This document shows, piece after piece, positions 52,116 through 61,291 of a stretch of 64,000 nucleotides of DNA (positions are counted from its first letter, which is position 1; every line of letters starts with the position of its first letter). The notes under the pieces are model-generated. The model was given only the letters and a program-made list of their open reading frames with translations. It searched no databases and was not told the DNA's origin. This stretch comes from an uncultured Acidobacteriota bacterium (GTDB taxonomy: Bacteria > Acidobacteriota > Vicinamibacteria > Vicinamibacterales > UBA2999), in assembly GCA_963843885.1 (NCBI GenBank), contig CAWJMJ010000016.1, positions 449,568 through 513,567 on the forward strand, in the 5' to 3' direction. The translations under genes and the position numbers were made by a program.

Positions 52116-53315
52116 ATGTACGCAATCCGAGCCGTGGGAATTGGCCTCGTGGTGTTGCTGGCCGCGGCCTGCCAGCAGACCAAGAGCGCCAATCCGCTCA
52201 GTCCCGACATCGCCGGGCCGATTCCGGGCGTCGCCATCACCGCCCCGAAGGCGCTGGAGCCGGCGGTCGGCCAGACCCTGGTCAGCACCCAGCAGCCGCT
52301 CGATTTTTTGATTGAGAACGCCGGCTCGAGCGGCGTCCGGCCGCTGTTCCTGCAGTTCCAGCTGGCCGCCAACGCCGCCTTCAATCAGGTCCTGCACCAG
52401 GCCGACCGGATCAGTCCGGGCGCGAACGGGCGGACGGTTTATCGCCTCACCCAGACGCTCGGCGCCGGCGGCACCTATTACTGGCGGACCCGGGCCTTCG
52501 ACGGCGCCAACACGGGCCCGTGGTCGGTCGCGGCCAGCTTCAGCCTGGTCGAACCGGTGGTCATCGAGACGCCCACGCCGGTGGCGCCCCTCGGCCAGAT
52601 CGATTCGCTCACCCCCCAGTTCGTCGTGCGCAACGGCCGCATCTCGGGGCCGGCCGGTCCGGTCATCAACCGGGTTGAAGTCGGGCTCGCGCCCGATGCC
52701 GGGGCGGTGTCGCTCGTGCTCAGCGCCGGCGTCGGCTCGGCTGGCACGACCTCACTGGCGGCCGGCAGCGCCGCGCCGTATGCCACGACCATCTACTGGC
52801 GGGCGTATGCCACCAACGGCACGGTCGAAAGTGCCCGCTCGGCGTGGGCCTCCTTCCGGACGCCCAACGCCCCGGTCACCACCGGCGGCGGCGGGGGCAC
52901 GGGCGGCGGGGGCGGGGGCGGCGGCGGGGGCACCGGCACGGTCGGCGGCCCGCGCACCATCACGGAAAGTGAAGGCCTGGAGATTATCCGCAGCGTGCAC
53001 GACGGCACCGGTGTCGACCTCGGTTCCCGCTCGTCGCGCGACAGCCGCAATCAGTTCTTCGCCAGCGCCGTCGCCACGCTCCACTACGGCCATGCGCGTT
53101 ACAACCCCAAGGGGCCTGACTCGAACTGGTGCATCAAGGACGGCGGCTCGGGGCGCCCGCAGAGCGACGACGTGCTGGTGCGCTGCAACTCGCGCGAAGC
53201 CTGGGACCTCATCGGCGGCGCCGGGGCCGACGGTTACAGATTCCACCTCGATTACATCGGACGCCTGCCCGGCGACCAGAACGTCTACCCGCCGCCCCGT
53301 TCGGCGCTGCCTTAG
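52116..53315 (+). CDS. Lipoprotein: two tandem FN3/Ig-like modules + poly-Gly linker + uncharacterised Cys/His C-terminal domain
   Basis: Intact. SD AGGGGAG at 52101. MYAIRAVGIGLVVLLAAAC (lipobox). Modules end in GGTYYWRTRAFDGANTGPWS and TTIYWRAYATNGTVESARSAWASF. Linker TTGGGGGTGGGGGGGGGGTGTVGG. C-terminal AVATLHYGHARYNPKGPDSNWCIKDGGSGRPQSDDVLVRCNSREAWDLIGG. Confidence 0.8.
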   Translation: MYAIRAVGIGLVVLLAAACQQTKSANPLSPDIAGPIPGVAITAPKALEPAVGQTLVSTQQPLDFLIENAGSSGVRPLFLQFQLAANAAFNQVLHQADRISPGANGRTVYRLTQTLGAGGTYYWRTRAFDGANTGPWSVAASFSLVEPVVIETPTPVAPLGQIDSLTPQFVVRNGRISGPAGPVINRVEVGLAPDAGAVSLVLSAGVGSAGTTSLAAGSAAPYATTIYWRAYATNGTVESARSAWASFRTPNAPVTTGGGGGTGGGGGGGGGGTGTVGGPRTITESEGLEIIRSVHDGTGVDLGSRSSRDSRNQFFASAVATLHYGHARYNPKGPDSNWCIKDGGSGRPQSDDVLVRCNSREAWDLIGGAGADGYRFHLDYIGRLPGDQNVYPPPRSALP

Positions 53316-53359
53316 GGCCGGCGTCCCGGTCTCGGGGCCGGTGTCTCGGCGCAACGGCG

Positions 53360-53393
53360 AAGGGCCGGACTCCCACTGGGGAGCCCGGCCCTT
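53360..53393. terminator. Strong bidirectional hairpin between convergent lipoprotein and OM-barrel genes
   Basis: AAGGGCCGG-A-CTCCC [ACTG] GGGAG-C-CCGGCCCTT: 14 bp of pairing with one mismatch and a 4-nt loop. Confidence 0.5.
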
Positions 53394-53422
53394 GGCCGTC
53401 ATGTGACGAACGACCGGTGAGG

Positions 53423-54175
53423 TTAGAAGCGCACGCGCACGCCGGCGCCCATCTGGAAGCCGCCAAGGTCGGTCTTCACCGAGTTGGAGACCACCTGGAA
53501 GTCCGACGAGGCTTCGGCGTAACGCAGGAACGCGCCGACGCGGAAGATGGTCTGGCCCAACTCGTAGACCGGGTAGGAGACATCCGCGGCCACGTGCGCG
53601 CCCCAGTCGTTGCGCTTCCGGGTGACGACCCCCACCACCGGACGCACGGCGGTGAACTGGCCGCTGGTCTCTTCGATTCCCACGGTGCCCGGCACCTGCT
53701 GCGTGAAACGGAACTGCGAGGGGCCAGCCGTGATGTGCAGATCGAGCTTCTCGCCCACCATCACCAGGTAGCCGACGCTGAAGTGCAGGGCCTGTTCGGT
53801 GCGGGTCAAGTCAGGGACGGTCTGCGTGAAGGCGCGCGGCCGGTCGAAGAAGATCGGGTGGGGCGCGGTGCCCGACACGGTGGCCGGATCCGAGCTGGAC
53901 GCGCGCTGGTAGCCGAGGCCGAACGTGAACGGCCCGGTGACCCGTCCGCCCACGGCCAAGTCGAGCATGGCGCCCGTCGACACCTCGCTCGACACGCTCA
54001 GGCGGCCGGTTTCATCGTAGAGCCGGAAGGTGCCGTCGTCCGCATAGGTCTGCGAGCCGGGCTCGAACGCGCCGTTGAGGTTGATATAGAACCGGGAGTC
54101 GTCCGTCTGGGCGCTCGCGCTTTGCGCGCCCAGCGCCACGAAGCCCGCCACTGCCACCGCCGCAAGAAATCGCAT
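53423..54175 (-). CDS. Small outer-membrane beta-barrel protein
   Basis: Intact. MRFLAAVAVAGFVALGAQSASAQ signal peptide, alternating beta-strand pattern, and the OMP signature terminus GFQMGAGVRVRF. Confidence 0.7.
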   Translation of the reverse strand: MRFLAAVAVAGFVALGAQSASAQTDDSRFYINLNGAFEPGSQTYADDGTFRLYDETGRLSVSSEVSTGAMLDLAVGGRVTGPFTFGLGYQRASSSDPATVSGTAPHPIFFDRPRAFTQTVPDLTRTEQALHFSVGYLVMVGEKLDLHITAGPSQFRFTQQVPGTVGIEETSGQFTAVRPVVGVVTRKRNDWGAHVAADVSYPVYELGQTIFRVGAFLRYAEASSDFQVVSNSVKTDLGGFQMGAGVRVRF

Positions 54176-54373
54176 CTTCGTCTTTGCTCCACTAAGGGCG
54201 CCGCGCGCCAACTACACCCTCGCCCCGAGGGCTCACGACCAGGTTGATCTGCGCCAGAATGTTAGCACGATGGCCCAACAGGCCCCGTAATGGCGCAACC
54301 TGCGTTATCATGTGGCGCTGCGAGCTGGCTTCGGCCACGGCGGCGGTTTCACCCTCCCAGGAGTAACTCACTG

Positions 54374-55237
54374 ATGCTTCGACGAACGCTTTCGCTCGGG
54401 TCGGCAATCGCCGGCGTGGTCCTGCTCACGGCCTGTTCGCAGAGCCCCAACACGATGCTGTCGCCTACGGCCGCTACTGGCGACACCTCGGCCAACCCCG
54501 ACGGATCGACCCTCAAGGTCAGCGCGCCGTCTCCGGTCGGACCCGAGAACGGCAGCCGCATCGACTCGGTGCGCCCGACCGTGACCTTCGCCAATGCCGC
54601 GGCCCGATTCACGAGCGTGGCCCTGAACTACCGGGTGCAGGTCTTCAACGGCAGCGGCGTGTCGCTCGGCGACTCGGTCGTGGCGCAGTCCGCGAGCGGC
54701 CAGACCTCGCTGACCGGCGACAGCGACCTCGAGTTCGACACGGAGTACCAGTGGCGCGTGCGCGCCGAGTACCAGGGCGAAGCCGGACCCTGGTCGCCCG
54801 TGTGGACGTTCAAGACCGTGCAGCGCCCCGCCATCGGCGCCTCGGTGGGCACGGTCGGCACGCCGCGCGATATCGGCTTTGGCGAGGCCTACGCCATCAT
54901 CTATGCGATTTACACCACCGGCCGCTGGGACATCACCGGCCGCTCGAATCGCGAGCAGCTGAACCTGTTCCTGGAGACCGCCGTGGCGGCCCTGCACTAC
55001 GGCCACGGCAAGTGGAATCCGCGCGGGCCCGACACGGGCTGGTGCATCAAGAACGGCGGCCCCGGCCGACCGCAGTCCGACGACGTGATCGCGCGCTGCG
55101 ACTCCCGTGATGCCTGGGACCTGGTCGGCGGCATCGGCGGCAACAACCCGGTGTGGGCGCCCACCTACCTCGGACGGCTGGACAACTCGCAGCAGATCTA
55201 CGCGCCGCGCCAGAGCACCCTCGCCCTGCTGCCGTAA
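54374..55237 (+). CDS. Lipoprotein: one FN3/Ig-like module + the same uncharacterised C-terminal domain (paralog of 52116..53315)
   Basis: Intact. SD AGGAG at 54359. MLRRTLSLGSAIAGVVLLTAC (lipobox). TEYQWRVRAEYQGEAGPWSPVWTFKT. C-terminal AVAALHYGHGKWNPRGPDTGWCIKNGGPGRPQSDDVIARCDSRDAWDLVGG. Confidence 0.8.
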   Translation: MLRRTLSLGSAIAGVVLLTACSQSPNTMLSPTAATGDTSANPDGSTLKVSAPSPVGPENGSRIDSVRPTVTFANAAARFTSVALNYRVQVFNGSGVSLGDSVVAQSASGQTSLTGDSDLEFDTEYQWRVRAEYQGEAGPWSPVWTFKTVQRPAIGASVGTVGTPRDIGFGEAYAIIYAIYTTGRWDITGRSNREQLNLFLETAVAALHYGHGKWNPRGPDTGWCIKNGGPGRPQSDDVIARCDSRDAWDLVGGIGGNNPVWAPTYLGRLDNSQQIYAPRQSTLALLP

Positions 55238-55294
55238 CCGCACCAGGCTCGTTCAGGAACCGGGCGACGGCGGTTACCGCTGTCGCCCGATTTC

Positions 55295-56047
55295 TTGTAC
55301 ATTCACCGGCGAGGACACGTGGCCGACCCGCAAGACACCTTCTACAAGTCGTTTTCCGAGAAGAAGCTCACCGGCTACGGCAGCGGCCGGCGCACCCGGA
55401 TCGAGCAGCACCGTCTGGCGCTGCTCCACCGCTACCAGCCGGCCCCGGGTGACATGGTCGAGGTCGGGCCTGGTCGCGGCACCCTGGCCGAGCAGGCCGT
55501 CACCGCCGGCTGGCGCTATACGGCCATCGAGGCCAGCGCCATCCTGATCGAGGTACTGCGGGGCAAGGGTCTGGCCGTCATCGAATCGTGGGCGCCGCCG
55601 ATCCCCGTCGCCGCTGGAACGGCCGATGTGATCTACGCCGACCAGGTGCTGGAGCACATGAACGGCATCGAGCAGGCGCGGCACTTCACGGCCGAGGCGC
55701 TGCGCGCCCTCCGCCCGGGCGGGGTGTTCTTCGTGGTCGTGCCCGACTACCTGAAGGAGCGGACGTTCTTCTGGGACGTGGACTACACCCACAACTTCGT
55801 CACCACCGAGCGGCGCGTGCGGCAGCTCTTCAACGACGGCGGGTTCCAGGTCGAGCATGTCGAACGCGGCATCGGCCTGGCCACCGGCGTGGCGCGCGAC
55901 GCGCTGGCCGCCGCGGCGCTGCTCGTGAACATCCCCGGCGTGGACGCGCTGTCGCGCTACACCGGCACGACCGAACTGCTCTTCAAGATGCGCAAGAACC
56001 TGTTCGAGACGCTGACCTTCGTGGCCCGGAAGCCCGGGAGCCGCTAA
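55295..56047 (+). CDS. Class I SAM-dependent methyltransferase
   Basis: Intact. SAM motif I-like MVEVGPGRGTLAE; ADVIYADQVLEHM; LRPGGVFFVVVP. The start may instead be the GTG at 55319. Confidence 0.7.
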   Translation: MYIHRRGHVADPQDTFYKSFSEKKLTGYGSGRRTRIEQHRLALLHRYQPAPGDMVEVGPGRGTLAEQAVTAGWRYTAIEASAILIEVLRGKGLAVIESWAPPIPVAAGTADVIYADQVLEHMNGIEQARHFTAEALRALRPGGVFFVVVPDYLKERTFFWDVDYTHNFVTTERRVRQLFNDGGFQVEHVERGIGLATGVARDALAAAALLVNIPGVDALSRYTGTTELLFKMRKNLFETLTFVARKPGSR

Positions 56048-56049
56048 CG

Positions 56050-56988
56050 GTGCTCCGCCGCCTGGCCAGCTCCACCTGGCTGCGCCTGGCGATCACCGCC
56101 GCCATTCTGTGGTGGCTGTCGTCGCGCATCGACATGCGCGCCGCCGCGGCGGCCGCCGCCGCCGTCTCGCTGCCTCACCTCGCCCTGGTGCTGGTGCTCG
56201 TCGCCCTCGACCGCGCCGTGATGATCTGGCGCTGGCTGCTCCTGCTGCGGGCCGCCGACATGCGGGTGTCGGGCGCGGCGGCCGCGCGGCTCTTCCTGGT
56301 GAGTTCGTTCGTCGGCAGCTTCCTGCCGGCCGGCGTGGGTGGCGACGCGGCCCGGGCGTGGGGGCTTTCGCAAGTCACGGCCCGGCTCGGCGACGCGCTG
56401 GCCTCGGTGGTCGTCGACCGCGTATTGGGCGTGCTGGCGCTGGCCGCCATGGGCGCGCTGGGCTTGGCCTTCTCGGCCTCCGGCAACGCCACCGGCCGGG
56501 TCATCGCCGCGATGGCCGTGGTCGGGGCCGCGTGCGTGGCGGCGTTCTGGGGCGATGCGCTGCTGCGCTGGGCCGTGCCGCCGCACCGTCACGGCGGTCC
56601 CCTTGCCCGCCGGCTCCTGCGCCTGGCCGACGCGGTGGCCCGCTACCGCGCCCACCGCGGGGCGCTGGCCACGGTGATGGCGTGGTCGCTCGCGGTGCAG
56701 CTGCTGCGCATCACCCAGGCCTATGTGCTCGCCCTGGGCCTGGGCCTCCAGGTGCCGTTCAGCTACTTCCTGCTGTTCATGCCGTTCGGACTGCTGATCC
56801 TGCTGCTCCCCATTTCGGTGAGCGGGTTTGGCGTTCCCCAAGGTGTCATCGTGTGGCTGCTGCGGCCGGTGGGGGTGCCCGACGAGCTGTCGTTCGCCTT
56901 GTCGACGCTGATCGTGCTCACGGGGCTGGCCGGCAACCTCCCCGGTCTGCTCCTGTGGCTGCGTCCGGCGCCGCCCGCGCAGGCCTGA
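56050..56988 (+). CDS. UPF0104 'flippase-like' membrane protein (second copy)
   Basis: Intact 312 aa from GTG 56050. LRLAITAAILWWL..AVMIWRWLLLLRA..SSFVGSFLPAGVGGDAARA..VVVDRVLGVLAL..LLLPISVSGFGVPQGV. Same architecture as 50938..51922. Confidence 0.65.
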   Translation: MLRRLASSTWLRLAITAAILWWLSSRIDMRAAAAAAAAVSLPHLALVLVLVALDRAVMIWRWLLLLRAADMRVSGAAAARLFLVSSFVGSFLPAGVGGDAARAWGLSQVTARLGDALASVVVDRVLGVLALAAMGALGLAFSASGNATGRVIAAMAVVGAACVAAFWGDALLRWAVPPHRHGGPLARRLLRLADAVARYRAHRGALATVMAWSLAVQLLRITQAYVLALGLGLQVPFSYFLLFMPFGLLILLLPISVSGFGVPQGVIVWLLRPVGVPDELSFALSTLIVLTGLAGNLPGLLLWLRPAPPAQA

Positions 56989-57012
56989 CGGCGCAAGGGG
57001 GCCTGTGGCGGC

Positions 57013-59085
57013 CTACCGCGGCCGGTGCCACACCCGGTAGACGGCCAGCGCGTCGTTGCGGAAGACAATCGGGAGCAGTTCCGGGTGCGACGACCAGCGC
57101 GCTTCAATGCCGGGATGCGCGGTGCGCTCCGGCGCGCCGACCACGATGTAGTCGATGCCGACCCGGTCGGCCAGCGCGAAGGCGGAGGCGGCATCGGCGT
57201 CGTACATCCACTGGATCCGCCTGGCGCCCTCCTGATACTTGAGCAGCGGGACCATCGAAATCGGCACGCCCACCGCCATGCGCCGCTCCGCAAACGCCGG
57301 GATGTAGGCCCACATCTCGTCGCGCGCCAGGGTGTCGACCTGCACGACCGAGCGCGCGGCGGTCCGGGTCCGCAGGAACTCGAGCCCGGCCTGCTCGGCC
57401 GGCGTGATCACTTCAGTGCGCCGCCATGCGCGGCCCATGCCGTTCGGCTCGATGTCCTGGGTGTTGAAGACGTCGACGATCACGGTGGGCAGGGCCAACG
57501 CCACGATCAACGCCACGGCGCCGGCGGCCAGGTGCCGTGGCCCGTCGCGCAGGCTGGCGATGTCCGCAAAGGCCAGACCGATGACCGGAACCAGCGCCAT
57601 GAAGGTGAGGTGGCCGACCCGCCAGCCCACGTAGACGTCCTGGTGGTCGCGCACGTCGACGAAGAAGTAGAAACCGGCGACCACGGGCAGCAAGACCAGG
57701 AAGGGCCACACGTCGCGCGCGCGCTGCCGCCAGGCCGCCCACATGCCGGCCGCACCGAGGAGCAGCGCCGGTCCGAAGCTCATCGCGGTGACCACCCAGA
57801 AGTTGCGCACCGACAGCCGGTTGAGCCCGAAGCGGACCAGTCCCGCGTCCGCCCCCGGCGTGTGATCGACGTACTGCAGCAGCGTCACCAGCGCGGCCCC
57901 GACCACCAGCGGCAGCGCGGCATAGGGCGCGTTGAACAGGCCCGGCAGCCAGGCCCGGCGGACCACCGTCCTCAGCGCTTCACACGCGACCGCCACGGCC
58001 GTGAACATCACGCCCGCCACCGAGCTGATGACCGTGCTGACCGCCAGCAGCGCGCCGGCCACCCCGAACACGGTCGGGTCGACCTCGCGGCGACGGCGGG
58101 TCAGCGCCAGCACGCCGAGCAGGCCGAGGATGTAGCCGGTGGCGTGATGCGGCTGGTACCACAGGATGCGCTGCAGGCCGTCGATTGGCATGCCCTGGTA
58201 GAACCAGCGCGAGACGGCGTCGATGTTCAGGTAGCGGATGAAGTGCGGGGGCGACCCGTCGCGCCCCAGCCTCCACCAGGCCGCCGCCGCCTCGAAGCTG
58301 GTCGCCAGGAAGCCGCACAGCACGCCGGCCAGCGCCGCCGACGGCAGCGCCACGGCCAGCCGCGCCACGCCGTAGAGGGCCGCCACGAACATCGCGTCGA
58401 CCAGCACCGTGCGGGTCAGCAGCAGCGCGTCGAGATCCAGGTCGGGCCAGGCGCGATATTCGACCGCGCTCAAGAGGTGCGGCAGCCAGTAATAGTGCAG
58501 CGCGTCGCCGGTGTAGTAGGGGTTGACCGGCGGGAAATCGCCTTTCGCCACCTCGGCCACGACGGCCCGTACCCACACATAGTCGGCCGTGAAGTACTGC
58601 CGGTAGATGCGGCCTTCTGGCCGTTCGGCGCCGACGTTGGCAAACGGCTTCCAGACGATGACGGGCACGAGGAGCAACGCCAGCAGCAGCATGCGCGCGT
58701 CGCCGGGCGCCGTGGCCGTCAACCGCCAGCGGTCGCGCAGCCGTGAGGCCGGCCACGCCAGCAGGCTGGCCAGGAACGGCGCGGCCACGAGCAGCCACGA
58801 GCCGCGGGCGCCGGCGGCCCAGAATCCGAGCAGGGCGAAACTGCTCGAGCCGAAGCCGATGATCGGCCCGAAGGCCACCACCGGCAGCCATCCGGTTCCC
58901 TTCGCCTGCGTCCGCGCCACGATCAGCAGTCCCGGCGCCACGAACAGCAGCTGCGCGGCGGTACTTGCCGCGGCCGCGCGCAGCGCGCCGATCGACAACA
59001 ACGTGCCGGCGAAGGCGAGGACCACGACGAGGGCAAGCAGGGCCGTCGCCACGCCGCCGCGGCGGTGGGACGCCACGGGTGTCAT
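57013..59085 (-). CDS. 690-aa polytopic integral membrane protein with C-terminal soluble domain; family not recognised (GT-C / polymerase-like by architecture)
   Basis: Intact. Roughly 14 or more hydrophobic segments, e.g. VATALLALVVVLAFAGTLLSIGAL, LLLALLLVPVIVW, VWPFLVLLPVVAGFYFFV. Conserved-looking loop YFTADYVWVRAVVAEVAKGDFPPVNPYYTGDALHYYWLPH. About 150-aa C-terminal non-membrane part ..GIDYIVVGAPE.. Confidence 0.75.
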   Translation of the reverse strand: MTPVASHRRGGVATALLALVVVLAFAGTLLSIGALRAAAASTAAQLLFVAPGLLIVARTQAKGTGWLPVVAFGPIIGFGSSSFALLGFWAAGARGSWLLVAAPFLASLLAWPASRLRDRWRLTATAPGDARMLLLALLLVPVIVWKPFANVGAERPEGRIYRQYFTADYVWVRAVVAEVAKGDFPPVNPYYTGDALHYYWLPHLLSAVEYRAWPDLDLDALLLTRTVLVDAMFVAALYGVARLAVALPSAALAGVLCGFLATSFEAAAAWWRLGRDGSPPHFIRYLNIDAVSRWFYQGMPIDGLQRILWYQPHHATGYILGLLGVLALTRRRREVDPTVFGVAGALLAVSTVISSVAGVMFTAVAVACEALRTVVRRAWLPGLFNAPYAALPLVVGAALVTLLQYVDHTPGADAGLVRFGLNRLSVRNFWVVTAMSFGPALLLGAAGMWAAWRQRARDVWPFLVLLPVVAGFYFFVDVRDHQDVYVGWRVGHLTFMALVPVIGLAFADIASLRDGPRHLAAGAVALIVALALPTVIVDVFNTQDIEPNGMGRAWRRTEVITPAEQAGLEFLRTRTAARSVVQVDTLARDEMWAYIPAFAERRMAVGVPISMVPLLKYQEGARRIQWMYDADAASAFALADRVGIDYIVVGAPERTAHPGIEARWSSHPELLPIVFRNDALAVYRVWHRPR

Positions 59086-59087
59086 AT

Positions 59088-59113
59088 GCGGCCGGAGGTC
59101 ACCATCCGGCCGC
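59088..59113 (-). promoter_or_regulatory. Perfect 9-bp GC hairpin abutting the start codon of the 690-aa membrane protein
   Basis: On the minus strand: GCGGCCGGA-TGGTGACC-TCCGGCCGC-AT-ATG. It sits between the radical SAM stop (59191) and the start at 59085. No separate SD is visible. Confidence 0.3.
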
Positions 59114-59190
59114 GACGACGCAAGCTCATGGGGTTATTCAAGCACCCGGGCCGGCGGGCTGAATTAACTCGCGCTAATGTTCAGCGGCGA

Positions 59191-60377
59191 TCAGATCTGC
59201 GTGGGTTGAGCGGCGGCAGCGGCCGGGGGCGGCGCCGCCGGAGCATCGGGCGAAGGCCGGCGCTTCTCCATCGACGCGCGCACCAGGAACTTCGCGTAGG
59301 GCACCACCTGCTTCATCGCCGCGACGTTCATCTGGCAGGGGCTGAGGCAGGTCGGGCACTTCTCTTCGCGGATGTACTCGCGGTGCTGCTGGCTCGTGGC
59401 GCGGAAGTAGATCGCTCCGCGGATCCTCGGTCGACGACGTTGCCGACGACGTCGCTGTTCTCGCAGAAGAACAGGTCGCCGTTCGGGTTGAGCATGATGC
59501 CCTGCGTCTGGAACGGGCACGGCGCCAGCGCGGTGATAGCCGTTGGCGATCATGTCGGCGTAGTGCATGTAGATGTAGTTCTGGCCGTCGAGCAGCGGAT
59601 CCTGGCGGACGCGATCGAGGAAGAACTGGCGCATGCGTCTGCTTCTTCGGCGCCGATCGGCTTGACGTGCCTTCGAGTTCGCGTTGCCCAGCATCGGCGT
59701 CGGTGAAGCGCACCATGTTGAAGACGATGTCGAGCTTCTCCTTCTTCGCCCAGGCCAGGATGTTCTCGGCGTCGTCGAGGTTCTTCGAGAAGATGGTCGA
59801 CGAGATGCCGAAGTTGAAGCGGTACGTCTTCTGCAGCTCCTGCATCGCGCGTGATGGTCTTGCCGGCCTTCTCGAAGCCGTTGCTTCACGTTGCGCACCT
59901 CGCCGTGCATGTCGCCGACGCCGTCGATCGAGACGCGCGTCGAGAAGATCACGTTGCGCTCGTGGCACATCTCGACGACCTTGGTCAGCATCGGGATGGC
60001 GCGGTGCGGCGTCAGCCCGGTGGTGTTGATGCGTGAGCTTGCGCAGCTTCGGAAACTTGTCGATCATCAGCGCGGCAGATCTCGACCATGTCGTTGCGCG
60101 TGGTCGGCTCGCCGCCGGAGAGCGCTGGCGTTCTCGATGTGCTTCCACAGCGGCGAGCTGAACGCCGTTCGATCTCTCGAGCGACATGTCTGCCTTGCGG
60201 TCGCCGCGCTTCCAGTTGCTGCACATCTCGCAGCGGGCGTCGCACACGAACGTGCAGTGGAAGATGAGGACCGTCGGATGCAGCGGGGTGTAATTCGGCC
60301 ACCACTGCCTTGACCATGTCGCTGGGGGCGCTGAAGGCCGCCTTGGCGAGATACTTCGCTGCGTAAATTTGTGCCAT
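59191..60377 (-). CDS. Radical SAM enzyme with extra C-terminal Cys cluster (SPASM/twitch-like); frameshifted
   Basis: MAQIYAAKYLAKAAFSAPSDMVKAVV..; LIFHCTFVCDARCEMCSNW (CX3CX2C); LSGGEPT; KLTINTTG-like segment; VIFSTRVSIDGVGDMHGEVRN; C-terminal EEKCPTCLSPCQMN (CX2CX3C). Confidence 0.75.
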
Positions 60378-60457
60378 CTAAGCACTCGATCTTACGCTCT
60401 TTTCCCCCGGGAGCCAAACTTCCTGCCGGGGCGCGGGCCCAGGGCCAGGCCCCGGTG

Positions 60458-60475
60458 GCCGCGCCCGGGCGCGGC
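60458..60475 (-). terminator. GC palindrome between methyltransferase and radical SAM genes (weak terminator/attenuator candidate)
   Basis: GCCGCGCCCGGGCGCGGC is a perfect 18-nt palindrome. There is no U-tract, and such palindromes are not rare at this GC content. Confidence 0.2.
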
Positions 60476-60502
60476 GCGTCAGCCCAGCCGGCGCCAGCCG
60501 GG

Positions 60503-61261
60503 CTATTTACGGCAGAAGGCCATCAGGTGCCAGCCGAGCGGCCGCACCCAGGCCCGCGGCAGGGCGTTGAAGGTGCCGACGAACAGACCGTTGAACGCCA
60601 CGCCCTTCCAGCCGCCGTGGAGCCGCGACTTGACCGGGAAGCGTTCCGGCACGATGCGCGTCTCGGCAAAGGGCCGGAGCAGCGCCTTGAACTCGCCGAT
60701 CGAGTACTTCACCAGGACCGGCGCGTCCTCGTGCTCGAGCGGCACCTTCATCACCTTCGACAGGGCGTTCAGCCACGAGACCCGGTTGTAGACCATGAAG
60801 ATGCCCCGGCCGCCGGGTTTCAGCACCCGGTAGCGCCTCGGCGATGATGCGTTCCGGGGCGGCCGCATACTGCAGCACGCCGTGGCCGTAGACGACGTCG
60901 AACGAAGCGTCGGGAAACGGCAGCGCCTCGCCGTCGGCGACCCGCAGGTCGCCGGTCAGCCCGAGATGGGCGAAGTTCTTCCGTGGCCAGGTCGATGGCG
61001 GTCTGCGCCAGATCCACGCCGGTGACCTCGCGCGCCGCCGCCGGCGAAGCGGGCCAGGTCGGTGCCGATGCCGCAGCCCACCTCGAGCAGCCGCTGGCCA
61101 CGGAAGCCGGCGAAGTCCACCAGCTCCGGCAGGTAGCGCAGCTTGTCGAAGCGGTAGTCGTCGAGATCGGCAAAGAACGCCCTCGTGCCGACCGGATGGC
61201 TCGTCATCTCGAGATCGTGGATGCGTTCGTTCCAGTAGTTTCGGATCGCGTCGGTCGTCAC
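60503..61261 (-). CDS. Class I SAM-dependent methyltransferase (Methyltransf_11-like); frameshifted
   Basis: MTTDAIRNYWNERIHD..; QRLLEVGCGIGTDLARFA (motif I); EVTGVDL; FDVVYGHGVLQY; LKPGGRGIFMVYN. Confidence 0.8.
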
Positions 61262-61291
61262 AGCCCCCTATCGGTACAATGACGGGAGCAC

